NCBI GenBank assembly: GCA_964420345.1
Contig: CAYQTF010000001.1
Location: 1-48,474 of the forward strand
Reading direction: 5' to 3'
DNA length: 48,474 bases
Source of the DNA: an uncultured Flavobacteriaceae bacterium
Lineage (GTDB): Bacteria; Bacteroidota; Bacteroidia; Flavobacteriales; Flavobacteriaceae
Part shown: one piece after another, positions 16,480 to 25,945 of the stretch
How positions within the stretch are numbered: the stretch's first letter is position 1
Layout of the letters: each line of letters starts with the position of its first letter
Translations under genes and position numbers: made by a program
Notes under the pieces: model-generated
The model's database searches: none
What the model was told of the DNA's origin: nothing
What the model saw: the letters and a program-made list of their open reading frames with translations, nothing else

Positions 16480-17595
16480 TTAATGTTCTTCTTCAATCGC
16501 TGCACCTATATATAAAGATGTCAGCATGGTAAATATATATGCTTGTATAGCAGTTACTAAAATTTCAATAACGCTAATAAACAAAGTAAAGGCTACAGAT
16601 ACTGGTGCTACATAAATTGATTTTAGCACAAATATTAAACCTATTAAACTTAAAACTATAATGTGTCCTGCTGTAATGTTTGCAAATAGACGTATCATTA
16701 ATGAGATAGGTTTTACAAACATTCCTATTACTTCAATAGGTGCAAGAAATATCTTCATTGGTACTGGCACACCTGGCATCCAAAAGATATGTTTCCAGTA
16801 ATTTTTATTACCGCTTAAATTAACTACAATAAAAACAATTACTGATAAAGTTAATGTGAAAGCAATATTACCACTTACATTACCAGCAAATGGGAAAAAT
16901 GGAATTAAACCAAATATATTAATAATCCAAACAAAGAAAAAGATGGTTAATAATAATGGTATGTATTTTCTATAGTGTTTTTCTCCAATATTAGGGATTG
17001 CAACTTCGTCTCTTATAAAAATGACTAAAGGTTCTATAAATTTTGCAACACCTTTAGGAGCGCCAATTCCGTTTTTAGAATAAGAGCGTCCTGCAGCACC
17101 AAATAATAATAATAAAATAACTAAGGCTAACAGTAAAACAAAAACATTTTTAGTTATTGAAAAATCTAATGGTTTACTATCTGTAGGATAATTGTGTTCA
17201 TCAAAACTTAGAGAGTTACCTTGGTTTACTTGATAAATTTTATTGTGAAATTTGGCGAATTTTAAGCCGTTTTTCTCAACAATATATGTTCCGTTATCAT
17301 TATGATGAAATTCACTTGACATAAATGTAGTCAAACCATTTTCAGTCCATAAAATAATAGGTAATGGAATAGAAATAGGTTTTCCTTTCCAATCCCAAAG
17401 ATGATATTCATGCGAATCACTAATGTGATGCATAATCATATTTGTAATGTCAAACTTATCTTCTTTATCCGTTTTCTGATGTGATTCTTCAGAAGATTCA
17501 TTTACATTATGGTTTTGACCAAAAGTATTTCCGTTAAATGATAAAATTAAGATTAAACTTAATGCTAAAATTTTAAAAAAAGAGGTTAATTTCAT
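16480..17595 (-). CDS. atpB: F0F1 ATP synthase subunit a
   Basis: C-terminal LMIRLFANITAGH motif (essential Arg). Long N-terminal extension as in Bacteroidota. Confidence 0.93.
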   Translation of the reverse strand: MKLTSFFKILALSLILILSFNGNTFGQNHNVNESSEESHQKTDKEDKFDITNMIMHHISDSHEYHLWDWKGKPISIPLPIILWTENGLTTFMSSEFHHNDNGTYIVEKNGLKFAKFHNKIYQVNQGNSLSFDEHNYPTDSKPLDFSITKNVFVLLLALVILLLLFGAAGRSYSKNGIGAPKGVAKFIEPLVIFIRDEVAIPNIGEKHYRKYIPLLLTIFFFVWIINIFGLIPFFPFAGNVSGNIAFTLTLSVIVFIVVNLSGNKNYWKHIFWMPGVPVPMKIFLAPIEVIGMFVKPISLMIRLFANITAGHIIVLSLIGLIFVLKSIYVAPVSVAFTLFISVIEILVTAIQAYIFTMLTSLYIGAAIEEEH

Positions 17596-17679
17596 TACTT
17601 AAATCTAATTATTTTTATTCTCTTAAAAGATTTTGCAAATGTACAAACATCTATTTAAATAGAATGCTTTTATTTACGA

Positions 17680-18090
17680 TTATTTTAAGGTTTTAAAAAT
17701 TTTTATTATTTGGTAAATTTCAAAAAATAAAAATAAAAAATAAGGTATAAAAAAACTAAAAACTATAAGGTTTAAATTTTCAGGTTTATTAAAAAATAGT
17801 GGAAGAAAAAAAAGAACTGCCACTCCAGATTTTACAAAACTACCAATTAAAAAAGTAGTTAGAATTGTATCTGGTTTTGAAACTGAGGATTTAATAATAA
17901 AATAAAATATACCAATAAAACTAAGTATTAAAAATAAATAAATAGAATATATAGGATGAAAAAGAATTGCTTTACGAAAAAAGAAGTGCTGGAAATATTT
18001 ATGCAGAGCAAATAATACAATTGTAAATAGTATAGTTTCTTTTATTAATTTCAAAAATAAATAATTTGTTTTTTTAGTCATCTTTACCAA
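17680..18090 (-). CDS. Small polytopic membrane protein of the atp operon leader region
   Basis: 136 aa with 4 hydrophobic segments. Overlaps the AtpZ-like gene end. Confidence 0.6.
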   Translation of the reverse strand: MVKMTKKTNYLFLKLIKETILFTIVLFALHKYFQHFFFRKAILFHPIYSIYLFLILSFIGIFYFIIKSSVSKPDTILTTFLIGSFVKSGVAVLFFLPLFFNKPENLNLIVFSFFIPYFLFLFFEIYQIIKIFKTLK

Positions 18091-18301
18091 ATCTTATTGC
18101 TTGTTTAATTACAGTATAAAGAGATAGGCAAACAAATAATAATGAAAAAATTAAAGAATATATATTTGATTTGTTTGGAAATTTTTCATCCAAATAACTC
18201 CCAATTAAGACACCAATGATAATTGTAATTATCATTTGAAAACCCATTCCAGAAAATTGTAAAAACGTATTACGCTGTTTTTTCAGATTTTTTGCTGCCA
18301 T
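18074..18301 (-). CDS. AtpZ/AtpI-family small membrane protein
   Basis: 75 aa. FSGMGFQMIITIIIGVLIGSYLD-type motif and two TM helices. Upstream of atpB. Confidence 0.7.
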   Translation of the reverse strand: MAAKNLKKQRNTFLQFSGMGFQMIITIIIGVLIGSYLDEKFPNKSNIYSLIFSLLFVCLSLYTVIKQAIRFGKDD

Positions 18302-18680
18302 TTTGGTTTAAAGCTTTTACATTACCTTTCATAGAACAGGTTACATTAAATGTTGCGCCTGGTTCTACAGATAATTTATCCATAGTAACTTCACCTTGAA
18401 TATTTGCAGTCTGTTTTAACGTTAATAATTGATCTACCGATAATGAGCCAGTTATAGTGCCTTCAACATCCGCATTACTACACGTTACGTCACCTTTGAT
18501 TATACCGTTTTTGCCAACAATAATTCTAGCAGAAGTTTTTATTGTACCTTCTATAGTGCCATCAATTCTAAAATCGCCTTCCGAAATAATATCGCCCACA
18601 AAAGTGGTGTTGCTACCAATAATATTTCTTTCTGCAATTTGATTAGAACTTGTGTTTGTTTTACTTTTATCTGAAAACAT
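18270..18680 (-). CDS. Bactofilin (polymer-forming cytoskeletal protein, DUF583)
   Basis: Repetitive beta-helix pattern (VGDIISEGDFRIDGTIEGTIKT ... IKGDVTCSNADVEGTITGSL ... IQGEVTMDKLSVEPGATF). Confidence 0.8.
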   Translation of the reverse strand: MFSDKSKTNTSSNQIAERNIIGSNTTFVGDIISEGDFRIDGTIEGTIKTSARIIVGKNGIIKGDVTCSNADVEGTITGSLSVDQLLTLKQTANIQGEVTMDKLSVEPGATFNVTCSMKGNVKALNQNGSKKSEKTA

Positions 18681-18727
18681 AGTTGTAAGATTTTAGTTGT
18701 TGTTAATTTGCCCCTTAATAATTAATA

Positions 18728-21208
18728 TTATCCTCCAAGTCCTGGAGGTCTTAAATTTTTACCTTTGCTTCTTTCAGCGTTTTTCTTTTTTATTTTATCT
18801 AACATATCTTTTTTTGAAGGCAACTTATTTTTGTTTTTACCTTTTGGATTTTCTTTTTTATCTTTTGTGCTTTTTAAATCGTCTTTCTTTTTAACAATTT
18901 TTTCACCTCTTAAATATGCTAAAATTTCTGCGGCACGTTTTCCTTCAATAGTATTAGGATGATTTTCTAAAACGAATTTTAATGCAACAATAAAAGCATC
19001 TTTCCCTTCTAATTTTGCGATAGCATGTGCTTTTAATAACTCAAATTTAGGTATTATTGGTAACTCCGTAAATTGTTTTATGTATAGATTACTTTGTTCT
19101 AAGGTTTCTGTGTGTTTTTCGTCTAGATAAAGTGCATAAACCGTTTTGTATATTTCGTCTGGTGAGTCTTTTGTGTTTAATTCATCCGATGAAATATTTG
19201 GGTTATTTATTAACTGTGCATAGCGAGAATCTTCATATTCCGATGTTATTTTATTTTTGTAATAATCACTTTTTACTTGGTCAAATTTGCCAAATGCTTT
19301 ATATAAATGGTAATAAGTAGGTAGTACTAAGTTTTCTAGAGGTTTTTGCGTTAATAATTTTTCTAATTTTGTAGTGGCTAATTCGTATTTATTAAACTTC
19401 TCCTTATATATTAGACCTAAATTATAATATGCTTTGTTTCTGTAGTTAGATATGCTGTCTAATACATTAGTTTCTGTAGGTATTTGTTCTAAATAATATG
19501 CGAGTTCAAATTTTCTAGATTGATCTACAGTTTCTTCCTCTTTTTTGTTTTCACTAGTTGTATCTTGTTTATTTGATTTTCTGCTTGAAAGTCTCCAATT
19601 GTCTTCTAAACCACGGTTTCCCCATATTTTTTGAAACTCTTGTTGTCCAAAACCGACTGTTTGTGTATTGTAAAAATAAAAAGTGCCACCTGTATTACCT
19701 TGACTAGAACTAACTCCGAAATTAGAGCCATTGTTTGAACGTTTTTTGTTTTCGGCAATAATTTTTTCTTCTTTTTCTTTTTTCTTTAATTTATCTATAT
19801 ATTTTTGAAAGAAATTACTTTGCTCATCTTTTGACAAACCAGCTAAAGTTAAAATACTATCGTTTTTATTCGCTATATTTTCTAATCTTATTACTTCGTC
19901 TAAACTTTTACGTTTACGTTTTATTTTTCTATTTCTTTTAGTGTTTGGATTTTTTGTAATAGCCAAAACACTGTCATAATAGGAACCCGCATGTTGAAAG
20001 TTTGCTTTGTCAAAGTTTATATTACCTAATTCTTCGTAAGCAAAACTTTTCTGAACATCTTTTGCAAGTTCTGTCCTTAGTGATTTTTTGAAAAAGTCTG
20101 TTGCTTTAGTTATTTCGTTATTTACAAGATTAATTTTTCCTAATTGAAAAAAGACACCATCCAAATATGGCCTATTATCTCTATTGTGAGTAAGTTTTTC
20201 TAAAGATGCTAAAATCGTTTCTGTATCATCATTTTTAGCGTCGTAATTTTTTGCACGTTCAATTTGAGCGTAAATAGAATACCTATATGGTTTTTTGAAT
20301 GTCGCTATTTTGTCGAAAACAATATTAGAAGAATCTATTTTATTTTGCTGACGATATAATTGTGCTAAAATAAATGCGTTTCTAACAACTTGATTTCTCT
20401 GAACTTTGCTAAAACCTAAATTTTTATTTAGACTATTTGCTATATTTTCACCTACAACTTCGCCTTGGGCATCGTAAGTAGTGATTTTATTTTTGCTTAA
20501 TTTATTTGCGTAGAAAAGAGCACTATTTAAATTATTTATTATTTGTTGTGTACTATCTAAGGTTGTGTATGCCATTGCTAATGCAGTATGTGCATCTACT
20601 CTAATCGCATCGGGTAAATCTTTAGTTTTGGTTAAATATCGATCTAATTTGTATATGGCATCTTCTTCTTGCCCTAAACGAACTAGTGTTTTTGCCTCCC
20701 AAATTCTTGCAATATTGAATAATTTAGATTTAGGGTACTTTTTAATCATATATTTAAAAGTTTCTAAAGCAGGTACAAAACGTTGGTCGTAATACCTTGC
20801 TTTCCCTAAAAGTAAATACGCATCATCTATTTGTTTATTTTTTTCGGAAGCAGCAATATTCATAGAATGTTTTTGAATTGCTTTCACCGCTTTTTCTTCT
20901 GCTCTTTTAAAACCTGAAGAACTAGATTTTGTCGTCGATTTTTTAGATCCTGGAGGAGCAACAGAAATAGTTTCCTCTTTTATATCTAAAGGTTCTATTG
21001 GTAAAATTTTGTAAAAATCGTCTTGGTAAGCATCATCAATTTGTTTTTTTTGAGTATCATACGCAACACGACCATTATATAAAACATTGTATTTTGTAGC
21101 GGTTGAATGAAGAGTTCTGTTTAAAAAGCCATTTTTTTTAGTAGAACAACTCCATATAGATAATGTAATTAAGAGAATTACAATTATGTGAATAGTTAAT
21201 TTTTTCAA
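18728..21208 (-). CDS. sprE: T9SS/gliding lipoprotein SprE (PorW)-like TPR protein
   Basis: Lipoprotein signal (LSIWSCS). N-terminal FLNRTLHSTATKYNVLYNG motif as in SprE/PorW. TPR-like repeats. Lys-rich tail. Confidence 0.65.
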   Translation of the reverse strand: MKKLTIHIIVILLITLSIWSCSTKKNGFLNRTLHSTATKYNVLYNGRVAYDTQKKQIDDAYQDDFYKILPIEPLDIKEETISVAPPGSKKSTTKSSSSGFKRAEEKAVKAIQKHSMNIAASEKNKQIDDAYLLLGKARYYDQRFVPALETFKYMIKKYPKSKLFNIARIWEAKTLVRLGQEEDAIYKLDRYLTKTKDLPDAIRVDAHTALAMAYTTLDSTQQIINNLNSALFYANKLSKNKITTYDAQGEVVGENIANSLNKNLGFSKVQRNQVVRNAFILAQLYRQQNKIDSSNIVFDKIATFKKPYRYSIYAQIERAKNYDAKNDDTETILASLEKLTHNRDNRPYLDGVFFQLGKINLVNNEITKATDFFKKSLRTELAKDVQKSFAYEELGNINFDKANFQHAGSYYDSVLAITKNPNTKRNRKIKRKRKSLDEVIRLENIANKNDSILTLAGLSKDEQSNFFQKYIDKLKKKEKEEKIIAENKKRSNNGSNFGVSSSQGNTGGTFYFYNTQTVGFGQQEFQKIWGNRGLEDNWRLSSRKSNKQDTTSENKKEEETVDQSRKFELAYYLEQIPTETNVLDSISNYRNKAYYNLGLIYKEKFNKYELATTKLEKLLTQKPLENLVLPTYYHLYKAFGKFDQVKSDYYKNKITSEYEDSRYAQLINNPNISSDELNTKDSPDEIYKTVYALYLDEKHTETLEQSNLYIKQFTELPIIPKFELLKAHAIAKLEGKDAFIVALKFVLENHPNTIEGKRAAEILAYLRGEKIVKKKDDLKSTKDKKENPKGKNKNKLPSKKDMLDKIKKKNAERSKGKNLRPPGLGG

Positions 21209-21605
21209 GAGTAAATTTTTTGTACTTATTATAAACTATTTTCCTTTTAATTTATTGTAAAAAGGTTTGTAAAAGTACGAATTTATTTTAAAAGAGTAGT
21301 TTTTTTATTTTTTATCATATTTAGTACTTAGGAAATATAGGTTTAAATAGATGTTTGTTGAAATTTAAGCAATTGTTTTTACCATTATATTGCATAGCAG
21401 AATACCTGAGGATAATATGTAAAATCGACGTAAAATTAAAACCACAAAAGGCACAAAAGTTTACAAAATATTACAAAAGTCAAATCTGAGTAATCCTTGA
21501 TTTTAGTGTAGGAAAAGGAGTAAAACTATAAACTCTGCGAAATCTGTGTGAAATTAAAACCACAAAAAACTTTGTGAAAATCAGCGAAATCTGCGGGAGA
21601 AAAAC

Positions 21606-22301
21606 TTAAACCGTAAAATGCGCTTCTAATTCTTTTAAAGTTTCAGGAGAAGTTTGTAAATCTTTAATTAAATCGCCTTTGTCTAAAACTATGATTCTTT
21701 CACAAACTTCGGTCACGTGACCTAAATCATGGCTCGAAATTAAAACCGTTACATTCTTATTTTTCGTTAAAGATATTAACATTTTTTTTAATCTAATTTG
21801 TGTAGTTGGATCTAAATTTGCGAAAGGTTCGTCTAAAATAATCACTTCTGGTTCGCCAATTAAAGCGGCGATAATACCTGCTTTTTTCTGATTACCTTTA
21901 GATAAGTCACGTAAATATTTTTTTTTGTTTAGAATTTCGTCATTAAATATTTCGGTAAATTGTGTTAAGAAATCATCTATATCCGCTTTACTTTCCCCTC
22001 GTAATTCGCCAATAAAGTAAAAATATTCTTCTGGAGTTAAATAGCCGATTAAAAAACTTTCATCTATAAACGCTGCGGTAAAAGGTTTCCAATCTTCACT
22101 TTTATTTACTTTTATATTGTTACTTATTATCTCGCCAGTTGTAGGTTCGATTAAATCTAATAATAAATTAAAAAAAGTTGTTTTTCCAGCGCCATTATTA
22201 CCGACTAAGCCAATACTCTGTCCTTTTTTAATGTGTAAGTTTTCAATATTTAAAACGGTAACATTGCCGTATTTTTTAGTTAGATTCGTTGCTTGTATCA
22301 T
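21606..22301 (-). CDS. ABC transporter ATP-binding protein
   Basis: Walker A GNNGAGKTT, signature LSKGNQKK, Walker B VIILDEP, H-loop SSHD. Confidence 0.9.
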   Translation of the reverse strand: MIQATNLTKKYGNVTVLNIENLHIKKGQSIGLVGNNGAGKTTFFNLLLDLIEPTTGEIISNNIKVNKSEDWKPFTAAFIDESFLIGYLTPEEYFYFIGELRGESKADIDDFLTQFTEIFNDEILNKKKYLRDLSKGNQKKAGIIAALIGEPEVIILDEPFANLDPTTQIRLKKMLISLTKNKNVTVLISSHDLGHVTEVCERIIVLDKGDLIKDLQTSPETLKELEAHFTV

Positions 22302-22391
22302 TTATTTTTGTTTAATCGTTTAATTGTTTAATCGTTTATTTGTTTCTACACCTGTTTTAATGGATGTAATTTTACATTATCACATTAAAAT

Positions 22392-23864
22392 CTAATCTTT
22401 TTGATTATACGCTGCTACCATTTTGTATTTCGTTTTTTGATAAATATTTTCAATTTTTTTAAGAATATAATTTTTTAAAAGTATGCCAGCAATTCCGAAT
22501 AAAATAATAGTTATAATGCCCGAGTTAAATCCCCAAATAGCATATGGAATGCCAAACATTAGCATTGGTAGAAATATTTTTGGTAAGGCAATTAACATGT
22601 TCGACATTTTAAAACCTTGTGTATTGCCAAAGGCTTTTGCTTTTTCGTTTAATTTTAGTGGCATTCGATTTAAAACACCGCCAAATAATACCAAATAAGA
22701 ATTAATTCCTAAATTAAAAAATGCACCTGCTATTAATAAGGAATAGACTCTCCATCCAAAATAAATATATGGTGTTGCTAATATAAAAGACACGATTACG
22801 GCAAAACCCATTAAGTACCATTTTGCATCTAAATAAGTTTTATATCTAATATTTTGACTCATTAATAACGGATAATATTCACTATCCCAAGAAGGTACAA
22901 ATTGTCCAAATGTCATCGCAAAACCACCAGTTACAAACATCATTGCAAATGCCATAATTACAGGTGAGCTTCCATCATTTTGTTTCATCATAATAAAATA
23001 TAATGCATAAAATAAGAAAACACCTGCTGATAAAACGGTTTTTTTAGGTCGTACATTTCTCCAAATAAGTTTTAAATCGTTTTTAAGAAATGGTGCTACA
23101 TCGCCAAAACGATTTAACCATGATAAATCTGTGGCATTTACATTTTTAATTTTTGTACCTAAATCATCTAGGTTTAAGTTTTTTTGCATGAATTTAAATC
23201 CGAAATAATAACTAGTAATTAAAGCTATAATTGGCAAAATAACAATGTAAGTATTTTGCGATAAGAAATTAAATGCTTTACCTACAAATACTGATATTTT
23301 TAAGATTTCGAAGTATTCTAAGCCAATAAGACAAATTAAAAGACCTAATATACTATAAAATATTGTGTCACTTTTATTTATTAATAATGTTATAAAATTT
23401 AAGGAAAGTGAAATACAATATATGCCAATAAACCATCCGATTACGTTTATTATATTATGACCTTTTATCATTAAAACTACTGAAAAAGGCAATAAAATAA
23501 ATAAAGGTATAAAATTAAAAATGGTGATTAAAGATTTGCTTAATCCGTAATGAACAACCGATTTTCGTTCAATAGGCAAAATAAGAAGTGGTTTGATGTG
23601 AATTACAGGCATTTTTTGAATAAGATATCTAAAAGTCAATTCTAAAAGAAACCAAAACAGGATAAAATTATTTACTAAAATCCATGGTTTTGTTTCTGGA
23701 AAAAATTCTTCCAAACCAAAATAAAGAAACACTCCAGCGGCAATAGCATAGATTAATAGGAAAAACACACCAATACCCATAAAAATTTTAATTGCTAAAC
23801 CTTTGTTGAAATTTGCAGAACGTTTAAATTGTTTCCACTCTAAAGAAATAAATTTTTTGAACAT
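22392..23864 (-). CDS. Polytopic membrane protein, probable permease partner of the ABC ATPase (DUF5687-like)
   Basis: 490 aa with more than 10 hydrophobic helices. Directly upstream of and co-directional with the ATPase. Confidence 0.6.
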   Translation of the reverse strand: MFKKFISLEWKQFKRSANFNKGLAIKIFMGIGVFFLLIYAIAAGVFLYFGLEEFFPETKPWILVNNFILFWFLLELTFRYLIQKMPVIHIKPLLILPIERKSVVHYGLSKSLITIFNFIPLFILLPFSVVLMIKGHNIINVIGWFIGIYCISLSLNFITLLINKSDTIFYSILGLLICLIGLEYFEILKISVFVGKAFNFLSQNTYIVILPIIALITSYYFGFKFMQKNLNLDDLGTKIKNVNATDLSWLNRFGDVAPFLKNDLKLIWRNVRPKKTVLSAGVFLFYALYFIMMKQNDGSSPVIMAFAMMFVTGGFAMTFGQFVPSWDSEYYPLLMSQNIRYKTYLDAKWYLMGFAVIVSFILATPYIYFGWRVYSLLIAGAFFNLGINSYLVLFGGVLNRMPLKLNEKAKAFGNTQGFKMSNMLIALPKIFLPMLMFGIPYAIWGFNSGIITIILFGIAGILLKNYILKKIENIYQKTKYKMVAAYNQKD

Positions 23865-24033
23865 TTGATTAGTTTTACTTAATTGGTTGGTAATTTTTAT
23901 TATTTGTTACAAGTTTATGAAATAATTTGGTATTTTAAACTCATAATTTCACATTGTTTTATTTTGTGTGAAATTAAGAAATTATCATTGTAAAAAAACC
24001 ACATTCCGTCATTGTTAAACTAATAATTAGTAT

Positions 24034-24041
24034 TACTTTTG
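24034..24041 (+). promoter_or_regulatory. Candidate -7 promoter box TACTTTTG for rplM-rpsI
   Basis: Matches TAnnTTTG, 46 nt upstream of the GTG start. Confidence 0.45.
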
Positions 24042-24086
24042 CAGACTCTTTAGAGTAAAGAGGAATGTTTAATTAAAAATATACGT

Positions 24087-24542
24087 GTGAATACATTAAG
24101 TTACAAGACTGTTTCAGCAAACAGAAAAACCGTTAATAAAGAATGGTTAATTGTTGATGCAGAAGGAGAAATACTTGGTCGTTTAGCGTCTAAAGTTGCA
24201 AAACTAGTTAGAGGTAAACACAAGGCAAACTTTACGCCTCACGTAGATTGTGGTGACAATGTCATTGTAATCAACGCTGAGAAGATTAAATTAACTGGTA
24301 AAAAATGGACGGACAAAACTTACATCCGCCATACAGGTTATCCAGGAGGACAAAGAACGCTAACTGCTGAACAAATGTTTGGAAAAGACCCAATCCGTTT
24401 AGTAGAAAAAGCAGTAAAAGGAATGTTACCTAAAAACAAATTAGGTAGAGCTATTTACAAAAACTTATATGTTTATTCAGGTAGTGAACATAAACAAGAA
24501 GCTCAAAATCCAAAAGTAATTAATTTAAGTGAATTCAAATAA
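24087..24542 (+). CDS. rplM: 50S ribosomal protein L13 (GTG start)
   Basis: WLIVDAEGEILGRLAS ... HTGYPGG conserved L13 sequence. Confidence 0.95.
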   Translation: MNTLSYKTVSANRKTVNKEWLIVDAEGEILGRLASKVAKLVRGKHKANFTPHVDCGDNVIVINAEKIKLTGKKWTDKTYIRHTGYPGGQRTLTAEQMFGKDPIRLVEKAVKGMLPKNKLGRAIYKNLYVYSGSEHKQEAQNPKVINLSEFK

Positions 24543-24545
24543 AAT

Positions 24546-24932
24546 ATGGATACAATACACAAAATAGGTAGAAGAAAAACTGCAGTTGCTCGTATTTATA
24601 TGAGTGAAGGTTCTGGTAAAATGACAATTAACGGTAAAGATGTAAAAGATTATTTTACAACTGGTACGTTACAATTTAAATTAAACCAACCTTTCGCAGT
24701 AACTGAAAACGTAGATAAATTCGACGTATCGGTAAATGTTTTTGGTGGTGGAATTACTGGTCAAGCAGAAGCAGTTCGTTTAGCAATTGCTAGAGCACTT
24801 TGCGAATTAGACGAAGAAAACAGAATAGCATTAAAACCAGAAGGTTTATTAACTAGAGATCCAAGAATGGTAGAGCGTAAAAAATTCGGACAGAAAAAAG
24901 CACGTAAGAAATTCCAATTCTCTAAAAGATAG
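24546..24932 (+). CDS. rpsI: 30S ribosomal protein S9
   Basis: GRRKTAVARI ... C-terminal KKARKKFQFSKR. Confidence 0.95.
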   Translation: MDTIHKIGRRKTAVARIYMSEGSGKMTINGKDVKDYFTTGTLQFKLNQPFAVTENVDKFDVSVNVFGGGITGQAEAVRLAIARALCELDEENRIALKPEGLLTRDPRMVERKKFGQKKARKKFQFSKR

Positions 24933-24975
24933 ATTGGTCATTGGTTTTTGGATTATAGTTTTTATTCTTTTAAAG

Positions 24976-25010
24976 AAATCAGAAATCCAAATTCAGAAAT
25001 CATCAATCAA
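24976..25010. repeat. Five 7-nt-periodic AAATCnn units in the rpsI-rpsB spacer
   Basis: AAATCAG AAATCCA AATTCAG AAATCAT CAATCAA, read directly. Confidence 0.7.
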
Positions 25011-25101
25011 AAAGGTTTAGCATCCAAATAATTAAGATCTTTACAGAAGCTACTTAATTATTGCTAATAAATAATAACAAAGGAAAGTAAACAAAAATAA
25101 A

Positions 25102-25845
25102 ATGAGTAAAATCGAAGTAAAAAAATTGTTAGATGCAGGTGTTCATTTTGGACATTTAACAAGAAAGTGGAATCCTAATATGGCACCATATATCTATACA
25201 GAACGTAAAGGTGTGCATATTATAGATTTATATAAGACAGTAGCAAAAATTGAAGATGCTCAAAAAGCATTACACAAAATTGCTGCTTCAGGTAGAAAAA
25301 TTATGTATGTTTCTACTAAAAAACAAGCAAAAGAAATTATTGCTAGAAATGCAGAATCGGTTAATATGCCTTATATCGCTGAAAGATGGCCAGGTGGCAT
25401 GTTAACTAACTTTATTACTATTCGTAAAGCTGTTAAAAAAATGGACGTTATTGATAGAATGAAATTAGACGGTTCTTTTGATGCGTTATCTAAAAGAGAA
25501 AAATTACAAATTAATCGTACAAGGTTAAAATTAGAAAAGAATTTAGGTTCTATTACAGATATGACTCGTTTACCAGGAGCATTAATTGTAGTAGATATCC
25601 GAAGAGAACATATCGCAGTTGCAGAAGCACGTAAATTAAACATTCCTATTTTTGCAATGGTAGATACTAATTCTGACCCTAGATTGATTGATTTTGTTTT
25701 ACCATCTAATGATGATGCTTCTAAGTCTATAGAGGAAGTTTTAGGTCACTTAACTAGTGCTATTACTGAAGGTCTTGCTGAAAGAAAATTAGGTAAAGAC
25801 AAAAAAGAAGATAAAAAAGAAGATAAAAAAGAAGATAAAAAGTAA
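25102..25845 (+). CDS. rpsB: 30S ribosomal protein S2 with a repetitive KEDKK C-terminal tail
   Basis: LLDAGVHFGH ... ERWPGGMLTN conserved S2 sequence. The tail is KKEDKKEDKKEDKKEDKK. Confidence 0.95.
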   Translation: MSKIEVKKLLDAGVHFGHLTRKWNPNMAPYIYTERKGVHIIDLYKTVAKIEDAQKALHKIAASGRKIMYVSTKKQAKEIIARNAESVNMPYIAERWPGGMLTNFITIRKAVKKMDVIDRMKLDGSFDALSKREKLQINRTRLKLEKNLGSITDMTRLPGALIVVDIRREHIAVAEARKLNIPIFAMVDTNSDPRLIDFVLPSNDDASKSIEEVLGHLTSAITEGLAERKLGKDKKEDKKEDKKEDKK

Positions 25846-25893
25846 TAATTAAATTTAAGTATTTTCCTTTTAAAAGGAAAACATAACAACAAT

Positions 25894-25930
25894 AAATGCC
25901 GATTTCGTTTACTCGGATTCGGCATTTTTT
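25894..25930 (+). terminator. Hairpin plus T-run between rpsB and tsf (terminator or attenuator)
   Basis: AAATGCCGA ... TCGGCATTT stem followed by TTTTT. Confidence 0.6.
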
Positions 25931-25945
25931 AAAACATAAAATAAA

